64,000 bases of DNA from Eledone cirrhosa (lineage: Eukaryota), in assembly GCA_964016885.1 (NCBI GenBank), contig OZ024746.1, positions 79,980,001 through 80,044,000 on the forward strand, written 5' to 3'. Below are positions 25,280 to 39,364 of this stretch, piece after piece (within the stretch, counting starts at the first letter, position 1; the number at the start of each line of letters is the position of its first letter). Under the pieces are notes generated by a model. That model saw only the letters and a list, made by a program, of their open reading frames with translations, did no database searches and had not been told where the DNA came from. The translations under genes were made by a program, and so were the position numbers.

Positions 25280-25700
25280 TCTCCTTCCTTTTTGAAGCAC
25301 TTGATAAGCAGAACCATATCGCCATTACCACCTCTCGAGCTTGCTGAATCTTCTCGTCGGATTGACGGGTGTCTCGTGGAGGAAGTTGACGGGTGTCCTG
25401 CTCCTTTTTCGTCCGGCTACACTTGTCTGGCCACTTTTAAATGCCACCACTTTCATAATGTCTACGCATTGTGTTTAAAAGCCTCCGATGAATTTCAGCC
25501 CTTGACACATCTCCCAGAGAAATCGGATCACTGCTGTTTGTTCCTCCTTGGTGCAACACTGCTAGAGGACCGGTCATGTTTACACCGTAACTGCAACAAG
25601 GAAATTGGAGCGATCAAGCTCTAGCTTCGAACACGTGACCACAACAGGACCAATTATAAGCATGCATGAGCAGAAGGTAGTGTGACAAACCTAAAGATAT
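25280..25700 (-). pseudogene. Mariner transposase fossil (N-terminal HTH region)
   Basis: Minus-strand pieces MTGPLAV, CTKEEQTAVIRFLW, AEIHRRL, FKSGQTSV, DEKGAGHPSTS, DEKIQQAREVVM, YGSAYQVL with frameshifts. Confidence 0.8.
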
Positions 25701-25790
25701 GTTATGGCGAATGTGCAGATAATCTTTGACTTAGCCTCTTACTTATATATTTTTTCCTGTCTTCCTTCTATTATTTCTCTCTCTCTCTTA

Positions 25791-25987
25791 AGGCTGGTGG
25801 ATTAGCAGTATCGGTAGAGAGTCGGACGCCATGCTTTTGCAGTAAAGAGTTACGCCCCTTTGCGATCTGCGTTTAAATCATGCCGAGGTTAACTTTGGCC
25901 TTTCATCCTTACGGGGTCGATGAAATAAAGTACCAGTAACGTACTGGAGTAATTACTGGCCTTGTGCCAAAAGTAGAAACAATTATT
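25791..25987 (+). mobile_element. tRNA-derived SINE, short subtype
   Basis: Consensus match. Confidence 0.9.
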
Positions 25988-26516
25988 TCTTTCTCTCTCT
26001 CTCCTTCCTCTCTCCTTTCTCTCAATTTTCTCACACCTCTGCTCTCTCTGACCTTTCTTTCTCCCACTTTTCTCTCTCATCCGCCCTCTCTCTTTCTCCC
26101 TCTCTCTCTCTCTGTTCTTTCTTTCTCTCACTTTTCTCTATCTCTGCCCTCTCTCTCTCTCTCATTTCTTTCTCTCAATTTTTCTCTCTCATCTGTCCTC
26201 TGTCTCTCTCTCTCATTTCTTTCTCTCACTATTCTCTCTCATCTGCACCCTCTCTCTCTCTTCCCTTACCACTATATCTCACTCCCTCTCTATTATTTTT
26301 TTGTACATTTCTTTCCTTATCCTTTACTATATCCATTTCTTAAATCTAATTTCTTCTCAATACTTTTTCTCCCTGCTTTTTCCTACTTTATCACCTAATG
26401 TTGTTATCCTTTCATTTTTCATTATCGTTTATCTTCTCTCTCGTTTTTCTGTGTCTGTGTGTGTGGGGGAGGGGGGTGCGTGTCGGGGGGGGGGGTGGCT
26501 GTGCATGTGTGAGTGA

Positions 26517-26614
<98 letters not shown>

Positions 26615-26926
26615 GTATGTGGAAATATATGTGTGTGTGTGTGTGTGTAACATCGTGTGATGGCGCGTTTGTGCGTGTCTGAGAGATAATTTGTATGTGA
26701 GAGAAGGTATGTGTGTGAATGAAGTAAGCGTCTATGTGTGTGAAAGAAGAGGTCTGTATGTGTGTGTATGTGCGTGTGTGTTTATTAGAGAAAGTGAAAC
26801 ATACAATGAATGAGACAAATACACATATTTACAGCAACTCAGACAATAAATGAGCTCTCTAGGTCTTATTTCCCACTCTCTTTCTCTTCCTCTCCACATC
26901 GTTCTTCCACTTTCACCATGGCAGAC

Positions 26927-26991
<65 letters not shown>

Positions 26992-27189
26992 CCCTCACAT
27001 ACACACACAGACAAACGCACATTCCCTCTCTTTCAATCACCAATGCAACACTTTTTACTTTCTTGCAATTGTTTACATAAAACCTCCCTTCATCTCTTTC
27101 TCCATCTTTCGTACACCATTTTCTCAGTCTCACATTCAACATTATCTCTCTCTCTCTCGCTCTCCTTCTCATCCATTTTCTTTCTCTCC

Positions 27190-27260
<71 letters not shown>

Positions 27261-27347
27261 CTCCTCTCTTCGTCTCTCTCTCTCACTCTCTCTTCTCTAC
27301 TCTTCGTCTCGCCATCTCTCTCTCTCTTATTCTATATCTCTCTCTCT

Positions 27348-27451
<104 letters not shown>

Positions 27452-27544
27452 TACATATATATATCTTTGTTCTCTTCGTCTCCCCCATCTCTCTCTCTCT
27501 CTCTCTTCCACTCACTATCTATCTATCTATCTATCTATTTATCT

Positions 27545-27918
27545 TTTTTTCAAATACCACTTTGGAAGAAGAATCAGGATGGAGAGAGAGGTGCTGTACC
27601 CCAGCAAGTTTTATGAAAGGTGGGTGAAAGTGGCGAGAATGGCCCGAGTGAATGGGCCTTCTCTCTATATCAGCCTGTAGGTTGAAGAAAAAGAGGAAGA
27701 GAGGAAAGGGGTACAAACTCTTCGTACTCCTGGAGATGAGGGTTGCACATTTTTTCGGGGGTATGTGTTACCCATATGAACTGTCTCCCCCCTATTGGGG
27801 AAAATCGACTAAAATTTTAAATTGCATTTGTGATATTATTTTACACGTTTTTATTGTATGTAAACTTCCCCCTTTGTATTTGTCCCCTTCTTTTGTGCCC
27901 CTGTGGCTAATAAAGAAA
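27545..27918 (+). mobile_element. Tx1/L1-clade retrotransposon copy C, severely 5'-truncated (last ~44 codons + 3'UTR)
   Basis: FFKYHFGRRIRMEREVLYPSKFYERWVKVARMARVNGPSLYISL*, matching the C-terminus of copies A and B; ends AATAAAGAAA; TATC repeats on both sides. Confidence 0.92.
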
Positions 27919-28241
27919 TATATCTATCTCTTTCTCTTTCTCTATCTATCTCTATCTATCTATGTATCTCACCTATCTTTATTTCCCTTCTCTCAATCCC
28001 CTTCCCACATCTACTAGTCTTTTGTTTTGTGCTGTTTCTTCATTCAGTTTTACCTGTTTAATTTTAAAACAGTTTCTTTCCACACAAACCACACGTATAT
28101 ACAGTGACACAGCAAGAAACAAACATTATACAATATATAACACACAATGGAAAAACTGATGAACAGACAGACAGACAAACAAACCAGTGAATATATATAA
28201 AAACCCTTCACACCGGGACAGCAACAATAACAACAAACATA

Positions 28242-28288
<47 letters not shown>

Positions 28289-28289
28289 A

Positions 28290-28345
<56 letters not shown>

Positions 28346-28346
28346 A

Positions 28347-28400
<54 letters not shown>

Positions 28401-28471
28401 ATGCATACATACATACATACAAACATACACATATATACATGCATACATGTATACATACATACATGCATACA

Positions 28472-28526
<55 letters not shown>

Positions 28527-28784
28527 TAAATTAATAAAATAATGAATAAACAAAGAAACAGTTCCTTATATTAAAAAATTCATCATTTTACGATCGTTTC
28601 TAGGATATAAATTATATATTTGTGTGTGTACGTATGTGTACAAACAAAGCACACATACGTGTAATGAAAGTGAGAAATAGGAAAAGAGAAGGGAACCAAA
28701 AATGTTAGGTGCACAGGAATCAAAGAAAAGGGAGAGCTAGAGAGAGAGAGGAGGGAGATAGAGAGGGTGACAGAGAAGGAGAGA

Positions 28785-29005
28785 GTGATTGAATGAGAGT
28801 AATACAGAGAGAGAGGGAGAGAACGATTGAATGAGAGTAATACCGAGAGAGGGGGGGGAGAGGGAGAGATAGAGAGGGAGAGAGTGATTAAATGAGAGTA
28901 ATACAGAGAGAAAGGGGAGAGGGGGAGAGAAGGGGGAGGGAGAGAACGATTGAAAGAGAGTAATACAGAGAGAGAGGGAGAGAGCGATTAAATGAGAGTA
29001 ATAGA
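28785..29005. repeat. Purine-rich minisatellite with core GATT(G/A)AATGAGAGTAATAC (about 5 units)
   Basis: Direct reading. Confidence 0.8.
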
Positions 29006-29278
29006 GGGAAAGAGGGGAGGGGAGAGAAAGGGAAGGGGAGAGGGAGGGGGGGAGTTAGAAACGTACAGAATTTTCAAATACTTGTCTTTCTTGCCATTGT
29101 AATAATCACCTCAACCACTGCCAACCACTGACATGGAGAAGGAGGGGGAGAGGGGGGGGAGAAGATTAAAACTACAATACAACTTAACAATAACAACAAC
29201 ACTAACAACAACAACAACAGCAACAGCAACAACAGCAACAACAACAACAACAACAGCAACAACAACAACAACAACAGC

Positions 29279-29313
<35 letters not shown>

Positions 29314-29391
29314 CGTCAATAACAATAGTGTTAACAACAACAACAACAACAACAGCAACAGCAACAACAACAACAACAGCAGCAGCAACAA

Positions 29392-29453
<62 letters not shown>

Positions 29454-29499
29454 GCAACAACAACAGCAACAGCAACAGCAACAACAGCAACAGCAACAA

Positions 29500-29549
<50 letters not shown>

Positions 29550-30492
29550 GCAACAACAGCAGTACTGTTAACACCACTAGTCCAAAACGGCCATCTTGTA
29601 ATCAACAAATGATTCTAGAAATAAAGTGAAAAGACTCAACAATGAGAATAGAAACATTTTGTTGTGTTTGTTGAATGTATGTTGTTGTATGTGTTTGTGT
29701 GTGTATGTTGTTATGTTTGTGTTTGTGTGTGTGTTTTTGTTGTGTATGTGTTATGTTGTGTGTTGTTGTGTATGTATTTTGTCGTTTGTGTATGTATGTT
29801 GTTGTGTGTTGTTGTGTATGTATGTTGTCGTGTATGCGTTTGTGTGTGCATGTTGCTATGTATGTGTTTGTGTGCGTATTTTGTTGTGTATATGTTTGTA
29901 TGTATGTTGTTGTGTATGTGTTTGTGTGCGTATTTTGATGTGTATATGTTTGTGTTTATGTTGTTGTGTATGTGTCTTGTTGTGTGCTGTTGTGTATGTG
30001 TTTGTGTGCGTATTTTGTTGTGTGTGAGTTTGTGTTTGTGTTTTGTTGTGTATGTGTTTGTGTATGTATTTTATGTTCTATGCAGCTTTTTTTTTGTTGT
30101 TTGTTGTTTTGTTTCTTTTGGTGGGGTTGTTTTTTTCAAACTTACAATGAGAAATAAAAAATGAAGTTCCTTTTCTCGCTTTTCTCTCCGACGTTTTACG
30201 GTGAAGTGTCGTGAAACAATACAGTTGCTGAACAGTTGTAGTGGAATGGAGTGCTTTTTATGTTTCTGTTTGTTGGTTTCGTGGCTAGGTTTGTTTGTTT
30301 GTTTGTTTGTTTGTCTGTTTTTCCCACTTCCAATGGGAAAAAAAGATCACAGCAGATCTCTTTTCTCTCTCACTCTCTATCTCTCTCCTTCTATCTCTTT
30401 CCTCCTTCTATCTCTTTCTATCTCACTCTTTCTTTCCCCACCCTCTCTCTATTTCTCTCTCATTCTCTTTATCTCTCTCTTTTTCTCTCGCC

Positions 30493-30542
<50 letters not shown>

Positions 30543-30589
30543 TTCTCTCTCTCTTTATCCCTTTCTTTTTCTCTCTTTCTCTTTCTATT

Positions 30590-30638
<49 letters not shown>

Positions 30639-31246
30639 TTATCTCTTTCTTTCTCTCTCTTTCTCTCTCTCTCTCACTCTCTTTCACTCTCTCTCCCGTT
30701 TTCTCTCTCTCTTTCCCCCCCCCCTCTCTCTCTCGCTCATTTTCTCCCTTTTCTAACGTTTTATGGTGAAGTGTCGTAAAGCAATGCGATTGCTGGACTG
30801 TCGTAGTGGAATAGAGTGCGTTGATCGCCAAGTGCTCGGTCGATAAGATCTGAAGTGCCACTAAACATTTTAAAACGTATAAAGAAAACAGGGATAAAAC
30901 ACACACTCACACGCATACACATGCATACACACACACGCACCCAAACTCAATACACACAGACATATACACACACATTATACAGAGAGAGAGAATCAGTTAT
31001 TTAGTACTTATTTATTCAACTCGTTGATGTGGTTTGTCATCCTCTCTCTCCCTTCTCTCTCTCTCCTCCCTCTCCTCCCTCTCCTCCCTCTCCCCTCTCT
31101 CTCTCCTCTCTCTCCACCTCTTCCCCTCTCTCTCTCCCTCTCTCATTCCTCTCTCTCATCCTTTTCTCACCCTCTTTTCTCCCTCTCTCCTCCTTCTCTT
31201 CCCCTCTCCCCGTCTCTCCATCTATCTCTCCACTCTCTCCCCACCC

Positions 31247-31278
<32 letters not shown>

Positions 31279-31455
31279 GTGTTTCTCCCCCTCTATGTTC
31301 AATACGTTCGTCACTTCCTGGAGTATTTATTTAATTTTAATTATTTATTTATTTTTTTATTTTTTTATTTATTTATTTATTTATTTATTTGAACAATGAT
31401 TGCTACAAAATTTATTATTTTGCTTTCATCGATGTTGTTGTGGTGGTGGTGCTGC

Positions 31456-31522
<67 letters not shown>

Positions 31523-31887
31523 TGTTGTTGTTGTTTTTGTTGATGTTTCTGATATAGCGTTGGCTGTGGTACCACAGCCAATGCTATATTAGCTCAACTG
31601 AATTTGTAGCAATAGTGACCTGCATACCATTACTGCATGCAACTGCATGCATGTCTATGTTAACTGAATGTATAACTATGTATGTGTATATGTACAGGAA
31701 AAAGTTGTAGTTTGCTTGAAGCATTGTGTGCGGTATAGAAAAATGTGAAGCTTGAAGGCCACGACAATGCAAAATGGACGAACAAGAAAATAAGACGAAG
31801 CAAGATGTTATGTGTTACGTTATTTATTTAACTGTCCTGATATTTCGTGATAAAATCTCTTCTTCGGAGGAATATGTATGTATGTAA

Positions 31888-32340
31888 GCGTTAGCTACGG
31901 AAGGGTTGTGCTCACAGTCTTGAAGAAGTCATCAGTAGTTGGACATGCAAATTCTGTCAGCGTGTACTCCTCTCAAAGGCTGGTTATGTTAATCACCTGA
32001 AGTCACATGAAAGGATGACCACCTGCAACACCACTCAACAAAGACCTGGCGAAACAACGTGCGCGATATGCAACAAAGTTTGTAGAACTAGTTCCGGACT
32101 AAAAAAAAAAACGCATGGTGGTGCATAAAGATTGTGTCCCACAGGGTAACCCCTCAGGGTGACCCCATTGGTCCTGTGGAAAGCACACCTCTCTTCTGTC
32201 ACACATGTGTCGTAAACCATGCAGATCTACTGCTGGTCTACAAAGTCATCTACGAAGTTATGGACGCGGGTGAGATGACAATGAATAATCAATAAGAGAC
32301 GGCAATCGTCTACGAAGACGCTGCAATCCTCATCTATGTA
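31888..32340 (+). mobile_element. 3' end of a LINE (RTE-like) with three C2H2 zinc fingers, frameshifted
   Basis: WTCKFCQRVLLSKAGYVNHLKSH; TCAICNKVCRTSSGLK/HMVVH; FCHTC/RKPCRSTAGLQSHLRSY; short 3'UTR; TATG repeats on both sides. Confidence 0.7.
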
Positions 32341-32519
32341 TGTATTGATGGATGAATGGATGGATGAAGAGATCCATGCATGTATACATGAATGCAAGTA
32401 TATATATATATATATATATATATCATGTATGTGTGTATGTGTGCATGTATTTATGTATATATGTTTTGTACTGTTCTGTCTAACAGTATGCATCATGATT
32501 CAATGGAAACCATCAATAG

Positions 32520-33050
32520 CTTTGCAACCATGACCAGCCCATTTTTTCTTGAGCACTACCAATCTAGTGTTATATTATCCAATGGATCTCAGTCGTTTCG
32601 GGGTGTAGTTTGATGATTTTACTCCTATTTTTAGCCCGTCGGGCAATCATGTAGCGTCTCTTTCTCGAGGCTAATAATTTATGTGAGTAATCTTATTTCA
32701 TCGAAGACGATGTCTTTGGATTCACTAGTGCCAAATTTCTAACGTTAAAAGATGTTTAGTTCCCACCAGTTGTTCGTTTGTTTAACGAGAAGCCATTTTA
32801 TTTCTTAGCATTACCTCCAATGGTAGTGTGAAGTCATTGTAGAAATTTACTGGGTAATTAGATACCTATTCCTATATGTATGCATGAATAACTGGCTGTC
32901 TACTGCGTGTTTAGATCTGATAGCAAGGATTCTATAGTTCCAGCAACCAGTTTTCTTCTACTGTGTTGCTCATGTTTCAAAGCAATTGATGTTCTGTTGA
33001 TTTAGTCTAGAGAAAAGAGCCGAATCCGTGACCATCGCAGACTTTCAGAG
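32520..33050 (-). pseudogene. Decayed APE-endonuclease remnant of a LINE
   Basis: FYNDFTLPLE...KFGTSES resembles FY.DL...GKFG; many stops. Confidence 0.35.
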
Positions 33051-33849
33051 ACTGGTAGGATTAACATTCTGCTTAAATTTTTGCGACGCAGGAAGCAACA
33101 GCCAACTTACCTCAAATTGCACCCTGCATTCTTTTAAATTGGAAGTACACCTTAGACAATGTATATAGTAGAAATAAGAAAGGAAGTGATGTTCACAGTC
33201 GGAGAATCTTTAGTCATAGGTGTGCTCAGTTAGACTAGACTAACAACAATGACGACAATGACAACGACAACAACACCAACGACGATGACGGCGACGACAA
33301 CGACAACGACGATGTCATTGCTGTGCTAGAGAAAAAAAACCAACTTTGCAAACTTAGATTATGTCTTTGCTTGTATGTACTTGCAAACTTAGATTATGTC
33401 TTTGTTTGTATGTAATGTCTAGAAAGTTTAGCCAGACTTTTTTCTAATTAGTAATTGGGACTAATTAATTAATCCGTTTTAAATTATACTTCACATTGGT
33501 TACGAAAATGACATTGATCACGAAAGGGGAGTAATTTAATCAGTTTGATTAATTCACAAACTGAATTAGAACTAGCTAAAATTATAAAGTTGTTCATTTT
33601 GCAATCTAATTGTATTGAAAAGAATGCTATAATTATGAAATTTTTAATAATTTGGCTTTTATTCTACCCTTTTCAATGTAAATTCTGAAGCAATTTAGTT
33701 AACCCTGCAGGTGCTTTTGTATCTGTCCCATGGTTTGATTTGTGCCTGACACTTAATTCCCGGTATAGTATATTTAAAGATGTAACTAAAGTTAAAATAT
33801 CTTGCCTAGAACAATGTACAGGACGTTTGCCAGAATATTAACTTCTCAG

Positions 33850-34500
33850 TGCCCGCACTTGTCATTGAGCCATTGAGAATTCTCTTTCGATATTATAATG
33901 CTTTTTTAATGCTTAGCGAAAGTGTCCTTGATATACATCCTCAGATATTGGTGGGAGGAAAGTAAGAAGTTATCCTGAGACTGGAGACCTGATTGGAATG
34001 GTTACAACAGAATGGACACCTCTAAATGCACCCAATGTCTTAGTGGTTGGGCAGGAGATTCTTGGCGGCAGTCGTATTGCTGGTAGTATTAAATCATTTG
34101 ATGGATTAAGTCTGCAACTCAAGAAAGGAATCGATACCTCCCACGAGCTTTCATGCAGTCTCCATCTATCAAATATCACGCACAAAGTTTTGGTCAAATC
34201 GAGGCTATTGTAGAAGATACTTGTCCAAAATTCCACACACAGTGAGATCAATTTCGAAACCACGTTGTTGCAAAATGAACTGGTTAATCACACCTTAATG
34301 TAAAGATACGTTTATGCATAGCAAATAAAGCAAATGTAAGCACAGACTCCAAATGATATGGCACTTGTATCATACTAATTTCAAATAATGCTAAACGCTC
34401 TAAGCAATGATCAAATAATTTAATTCCACACGTTAAATACGAAATTTCAGACTTGATAAATCTTAAAATAAAGAAGAAAGCCAACTCCGCTTTAACACAT
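33850..34500 (-). pseudogene. Decayed CR1/L2-like RT remnant
   Basis: SEISYLTCGIKLFDHCLERL, YHLES, SLDLTKT, RGVH in the expected order for RPISLT..LER, LDF.KAF, GVPQG. Confidence 0.4.
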
Positions 34501-35139
34501 TCGGCTATTTAACTGAAAGCAATTCCTACTATGTTAAAACTAAGGGAATCTCGTAATATCTGTTACAGCAGTAAAATTGCTATAATGAAAGTTTGGTGTA
34601 GATGGGGGAGTACAGGAGGGTCTTTATATTGAAACATCTAATTGACTGCTGTACATTAAATTAAGGCGATGAGCTGGCTCTCATAAATTCGCAACGAGCA
34701 GCATAGAAATTAAGCATCGATAATTTATTTGGCATGTGATTCGTTAAACTATCGAAACAAATTGTTTATATGAATGATAAACTGCAACTTCAAGCTTATC
34801 GCTGTCCGATATTTAATTTCAATGTCAGGTAAACTAAGGAATGACACAGTTCTCTCCCTTGTAGTTTCAGTTTGAAACTACGCAAATCACCCAAACACAG
34901 TAAACAAACTCCTTTTGCTGTGCGAAATAACGTCAAAGAGTGTGATTTAGATGAAAGTTTTTAGTATTTTTTAAGCATCTTGAAGAATTTAAGCATTTTT
35001 ATAATTGATTTGATACACTGCATTTCAAGAATAAACAGCTTTGATAAGATTTACAAATATAGAATTTTCTTGGTGGCGAAATAAGGAGTTTAGGGAAAAG
35101 AGTAACTTCCTTCTATTAGTTGCTATACTATAGGTGTAG

Positions 35140-35806
35140 AAGCAGGTATAAGAAGTTTGCTTCACAATTATGAGGTCTAAAGTTCGATACCACCACATTG
35201 CATATTGGGTAAGGGTCATTCCTATAGCCAAGTGTTGAGCAAAATCTTGGAAACGTAATTTGGTAGACGAAAATTGCGGAAGCCCGTCTGATGCATTTCA
35301 CCTGTAATCCAAAGGTCCAGCCTTGTCACTCAGTATGTCACGCTGATACTGCCCAGCAATTACGTTAACAATATACATGCCTGGAGAATAGTCGACTACT
35401 TGGATGCTGTTTCACGATGATCCAATGATTGAATACTCATCGTCGAAACCAACGGAGAATCCTTTATAGTTGAAGTAAAATCAATTCCATTTTCCAGCCT
35501 TAACAATAGTGTCCTGAATATCAAACAGAACCACCACTGTGACACAATGTATTATTTTCTTTAATATGATGATAGTTAATGGTTGATTATGTTATATGTT
35601 CGGGAAACAGACATGGCTAAGTTCTTACTCAGTTCTCTACGCAATAATGAGGTCGAGGGTTCAATTCTTATGTGTGCCATCATGAGCTATTGTCTTTACC
35701 ATAACCGGTGGATTGCACCTGTAATTCAAAGGTCGTTCTTTGACAGAGAATTGTGTTAAAGGAACGCGTGTATCTGTAAAGTATTCAACCACTTATACAT
35801 TAATTT
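35140..35806 (+). mobile_element. Two old tRNA-headed SINE remnants (35140-35462, 35610-35806)
   Basis: GTTCGAT/GGTTCAATTC B-boxes; CACCTGTAAT(C/T)CAAAGGTC body related to 2030-2302. Confidence 0.55.
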
Positions 35807-35808
35807 AT

Positions 35809-35982
35809 GGATTGGTAGAGGGTCGGACGCCATGCTTTCCAGCATAGTTACGTCCCTTTACGATCTGAGTTCAAATCCCGCCGAGGTTGACTTTGCCTTT
35901 CATCCTTACGGGGGTCGATAAAATAAAGTACCAGTAATGCACTGGTAATTGCTGGCCTTGTGCCAAAAGTAGAAACAATTAT
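35809..35982 (+). mobile_element. tRNA-derived SINE (duplicate at 43704-43877)
   Basis: Consensus match. Confidence 0.9.
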
Positions 35983-37493
35983 ATATATATATGTATGTAT
36001 GTGTGTGTATGTGTGTGTGTTACGTGAGATTTAGTTGAACAAGGACATAAACATCTTTTATTGTGTCTATGTGTTTATGTCTATCTAAATCTCATGCTAC
36101 ACTTTCTGTTTCTAATTTTTTTCTCCTAAAGCTCACGACACATTTTACTGCCATTTATGTTATTGTTTATCAAAAACTCATCACACACATACACATACAC
36201 ATACACATATTTGCGTTCATTTAAACCTCACATAACTTTTTCTAATATATGTATGCTTGTTCTTCCCGATTCACATTAATGTTTTTGGTGTACGTGATTC
36301 TTCTAAACCTCACGTCACCTTTTGAGGTGTCTAAACCTATTCCATGTATTTCTGGGATTAAGTTTTCTTTGACACATCGAAAGACTTCCTATTGCGCCAT
36401 CGCAAGGTTATCTCAACAATACTGTAGCCTACCATTCCAAAGATGAGAAAACCAATGCAAATTTATGAGTCAGACGTTCGATTAACCGAACTATTTGATT
36501 CTCTTCGCCGAAACCGATGGAGAATCCATCAACTTACACGCCACATGAAATGAGAGTCTGACATATTATAAACTTTCCATTAGTATTAATTTTAATCATT
36601 AAAACGTTGATAATTTCTAAATTACGTACTTATTTCAATTGAAAATTAGCTTAACTATTACTATAACTACATATCAACAGAGGAGCAATCACTAGTCAAA
36701 TGAATTGAAACAACTAAATATATTCTGGTCACTGGAGATTTGGAGAATTAATATAATTCACAAACTCAAACCATCCAGTATGTATGCTTGTGTGTATATA
36801 TATATATATAATACTCGTTCCATCAATTTTTATGGTACTACTATAATTATGTACTGAGCTATGTCTACATTACTTTTCAGTGTGGAAGTTTTAATTTGAA
36901 AGTAAATGAGACTACTGTTCACTTAAAGAACCAGCATTGGTCTCTTGACAATAGGCTTAATGAGTTAAGGAACTTGCGAAAAATAACTACAGAACATCCC
37001 TCAAATCCCGCCATACTGTCTTTTTAATAAGATGAATTAATTGAATAATGTAGTCCTAAAGGCAAAATGTCCAAGTAAACGACAGAAGAGTCATAGTTGT
37101 CTGCTGGAACTAGTAAGGGCTGAGCTAAAGAGCAAAACCAACAACGATGTTATGTTTAGTCACGGAGTTTGTGGAACACGAAAAATGAACTGCTCACATT
37201 TATGTAAATGGCCTCCTACGAGGTTGTAGCTCACAAAAGGATACATGGGCGATTTGATAACAATAAGGACCAGGAACGAATTGTCAACGTAACATCTTTA
37301 TTTTTAATCACACGTGACGCTACTGAGGTAGCAATGACATAGTCACAATCTAAAGCAGTCTTAGCGAGACTTATATAAGTTTATATATATATATACATAT
37401 AGCATATGCCTTCGTATACGTTTCTTTTAAGAACCACGCTATGTTATTTCTATTGGTAATATATATATATATACATATATATAAATTTATATA

Positions 37494-37571
<78 letters not shown>

Positions 37572-37723
37572 TACATATACATATACATACATATACATAT
37601 ATACATATGTATATACATATATATATATACATATATACATATATATATATATGTATATATATATGCAAATATATATATAGATGTATATATATATATATAC
37701 ACATATATATATATATATATATA

Positions 37724-37806
<83 letters not shown>

Positions 37807-37812
<6 letters not shown>

Positions 37813-38083
37813 CAGGAAAGAAGATTGACATGGTTTGCAATACAAAAAAGGTTTTTAATCTCATTAAAAACCTTTTTTTGTATTGCAAACCATGTCAATC
37901 TTCTTTCCTGATTTATTATTACTCCAAGTGTTTACAACATAGGAATTACAGCATACTCGCAACATCACTATGAATACGCCTTGTTGAGTCAAACCAAGCC
38001 TAGCGTTGATATCATCCACTACCCGGAATACCATAACTGGACTATACCTAAGGGGACTGGATATAACTATTATTTGTTACCCC

Positions 38084-38084
<1 letters not shown>
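37807..38084 (+). mobile_element. Hairpin (~53-bp arms, 3-nt loop) plus tail in (TA)n (duplicate at 45844-46121)
   Basis: AATCAGGAAAGAAGATTGACATGGTTTGCAATAC... / ...GTATTGCAAACCATGTCAATCTTCTTTCCTGATT. Confidence 0.8.
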
Positions 38085-38155
<71 letters not shown>

Positions 38156-38160
<5 letters not shown>

Positions 38161-38406
38161 AAGTTATATTTAAAATTGTTGGGTTACAACTAGTAAATAT
38201 TTATAACTGATATAAAAGCACTCGACAAATATTTGGAGTATATTTACAATATTAAATAAATGGAAAACTATATTTATAAAACCATATCTATTTCATTATA
38301 TATATTTCGGGGATATCATATTAACAATATTGTTAATATGATATCCCCGAAATATATATAATGAAATAGATATGGTTTTATAAATATAGTTTTCCATTTA
38401 TTTAAT

Positions 38407-38412
<6 letters not shown>
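38156..38412 (-). mobile_element. Perfect 168-bp palindrome (38245-38412) plus tail in (TA)n (duplicate at 46174-46431)
   Basis: 84-bp arms, no spacer, centre 38328/38329; same family as 4147-4410. Confidence 0.9.
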
Positions 38413-38481
<69 letters not shown>

Positions 38482-38563
38482 GTATGTATGCCTATTTATC
38501 GATATCTCTTTTTTCACATTCTATTATTCGCTCTCTCTCTCTCTCTCTCTCTCACCCCCTCCC

Positions 38564-38611
<48 letters not shown>

Positions 38612-38989
38612 CTGGCTGTCTATCTGATTATCTCGATCAACAACACAGCCCACCACTGGCCGTAATGTATTTCTTCATTTCCTTCTACCTTCCTTCCTTT
38701 CACTCTACCTTTCTTTCCTTCTTTCCTTCCTTCCTTCCTTCCTTCCTTGTGTAACACAACCTGGTTTACTTATTATTTTCCCATAATAATGCTCACTGCT
38801 CTGTATGAAATGCACCAAACATACCGTGTAATAATCAGATACAATAAACTAATATGTGTATTCGGCGCATTATGATTAACTAGAACTTCACGCTAGGTAA
38901 CAAGCAGTTTCTATATGGATTTCTGCAAATTTATCATCGTTTCACAATCTGACCTTAATGATATGTGTAATGAACAGGCACACACAAAA

Positions 38990-39091
<102 letters not shown>

Positions 39092-39092
39092 A

Positions 39093-39342
39093 TGGCTAGC
39101 GCCACCCCACTCCCACAATTGAAAGAACTATTTCGGCCGCCGACCTCTGCTTGACCGACCCCATTTCACGCGCACGCGCGCTCTGCTGAATACCTCAGAT
39201 ATTCAAAACAACGAACAGCGGAGGACACGTTTCGCACCTTTCCAACAGACAACCCCCCCCCCCCCCCCCCCCGGAAAAAACCCCAGTTGATGGATGTGAA
39301 TCCGAAATATATAGGGACAATTAAATCTCTCCCAAGGTAAGT
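39093..39342 (+). promoter_or_regulatory. CpG-rich patch with candidate first exon and splice donor (duplicate at 47088-47322)
   Basis: CGCGCACGCGCG (NRF1-like), ATG at 39290 (MDVNPKYIGTIKSLP), CAAG|GTAAGT at 39336/39337. Confidence 0.35.
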
Positions 39343-39364
39343 CTATCTCGTGTTATTATTTTTT

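Noticed and set aside
27880-27918. Shared 3' end between the main SINE and the Tx1 element (TTGTGCC..AGAAA)
   Set aside because: Match is only a few bases, insufficient to propose a SINE-LINE partnership.
37807-37916. miRNA precursor
   Set aside because: Near-perfect TE-derived arms in (TA)n, and no expression or conservation evidence is available.
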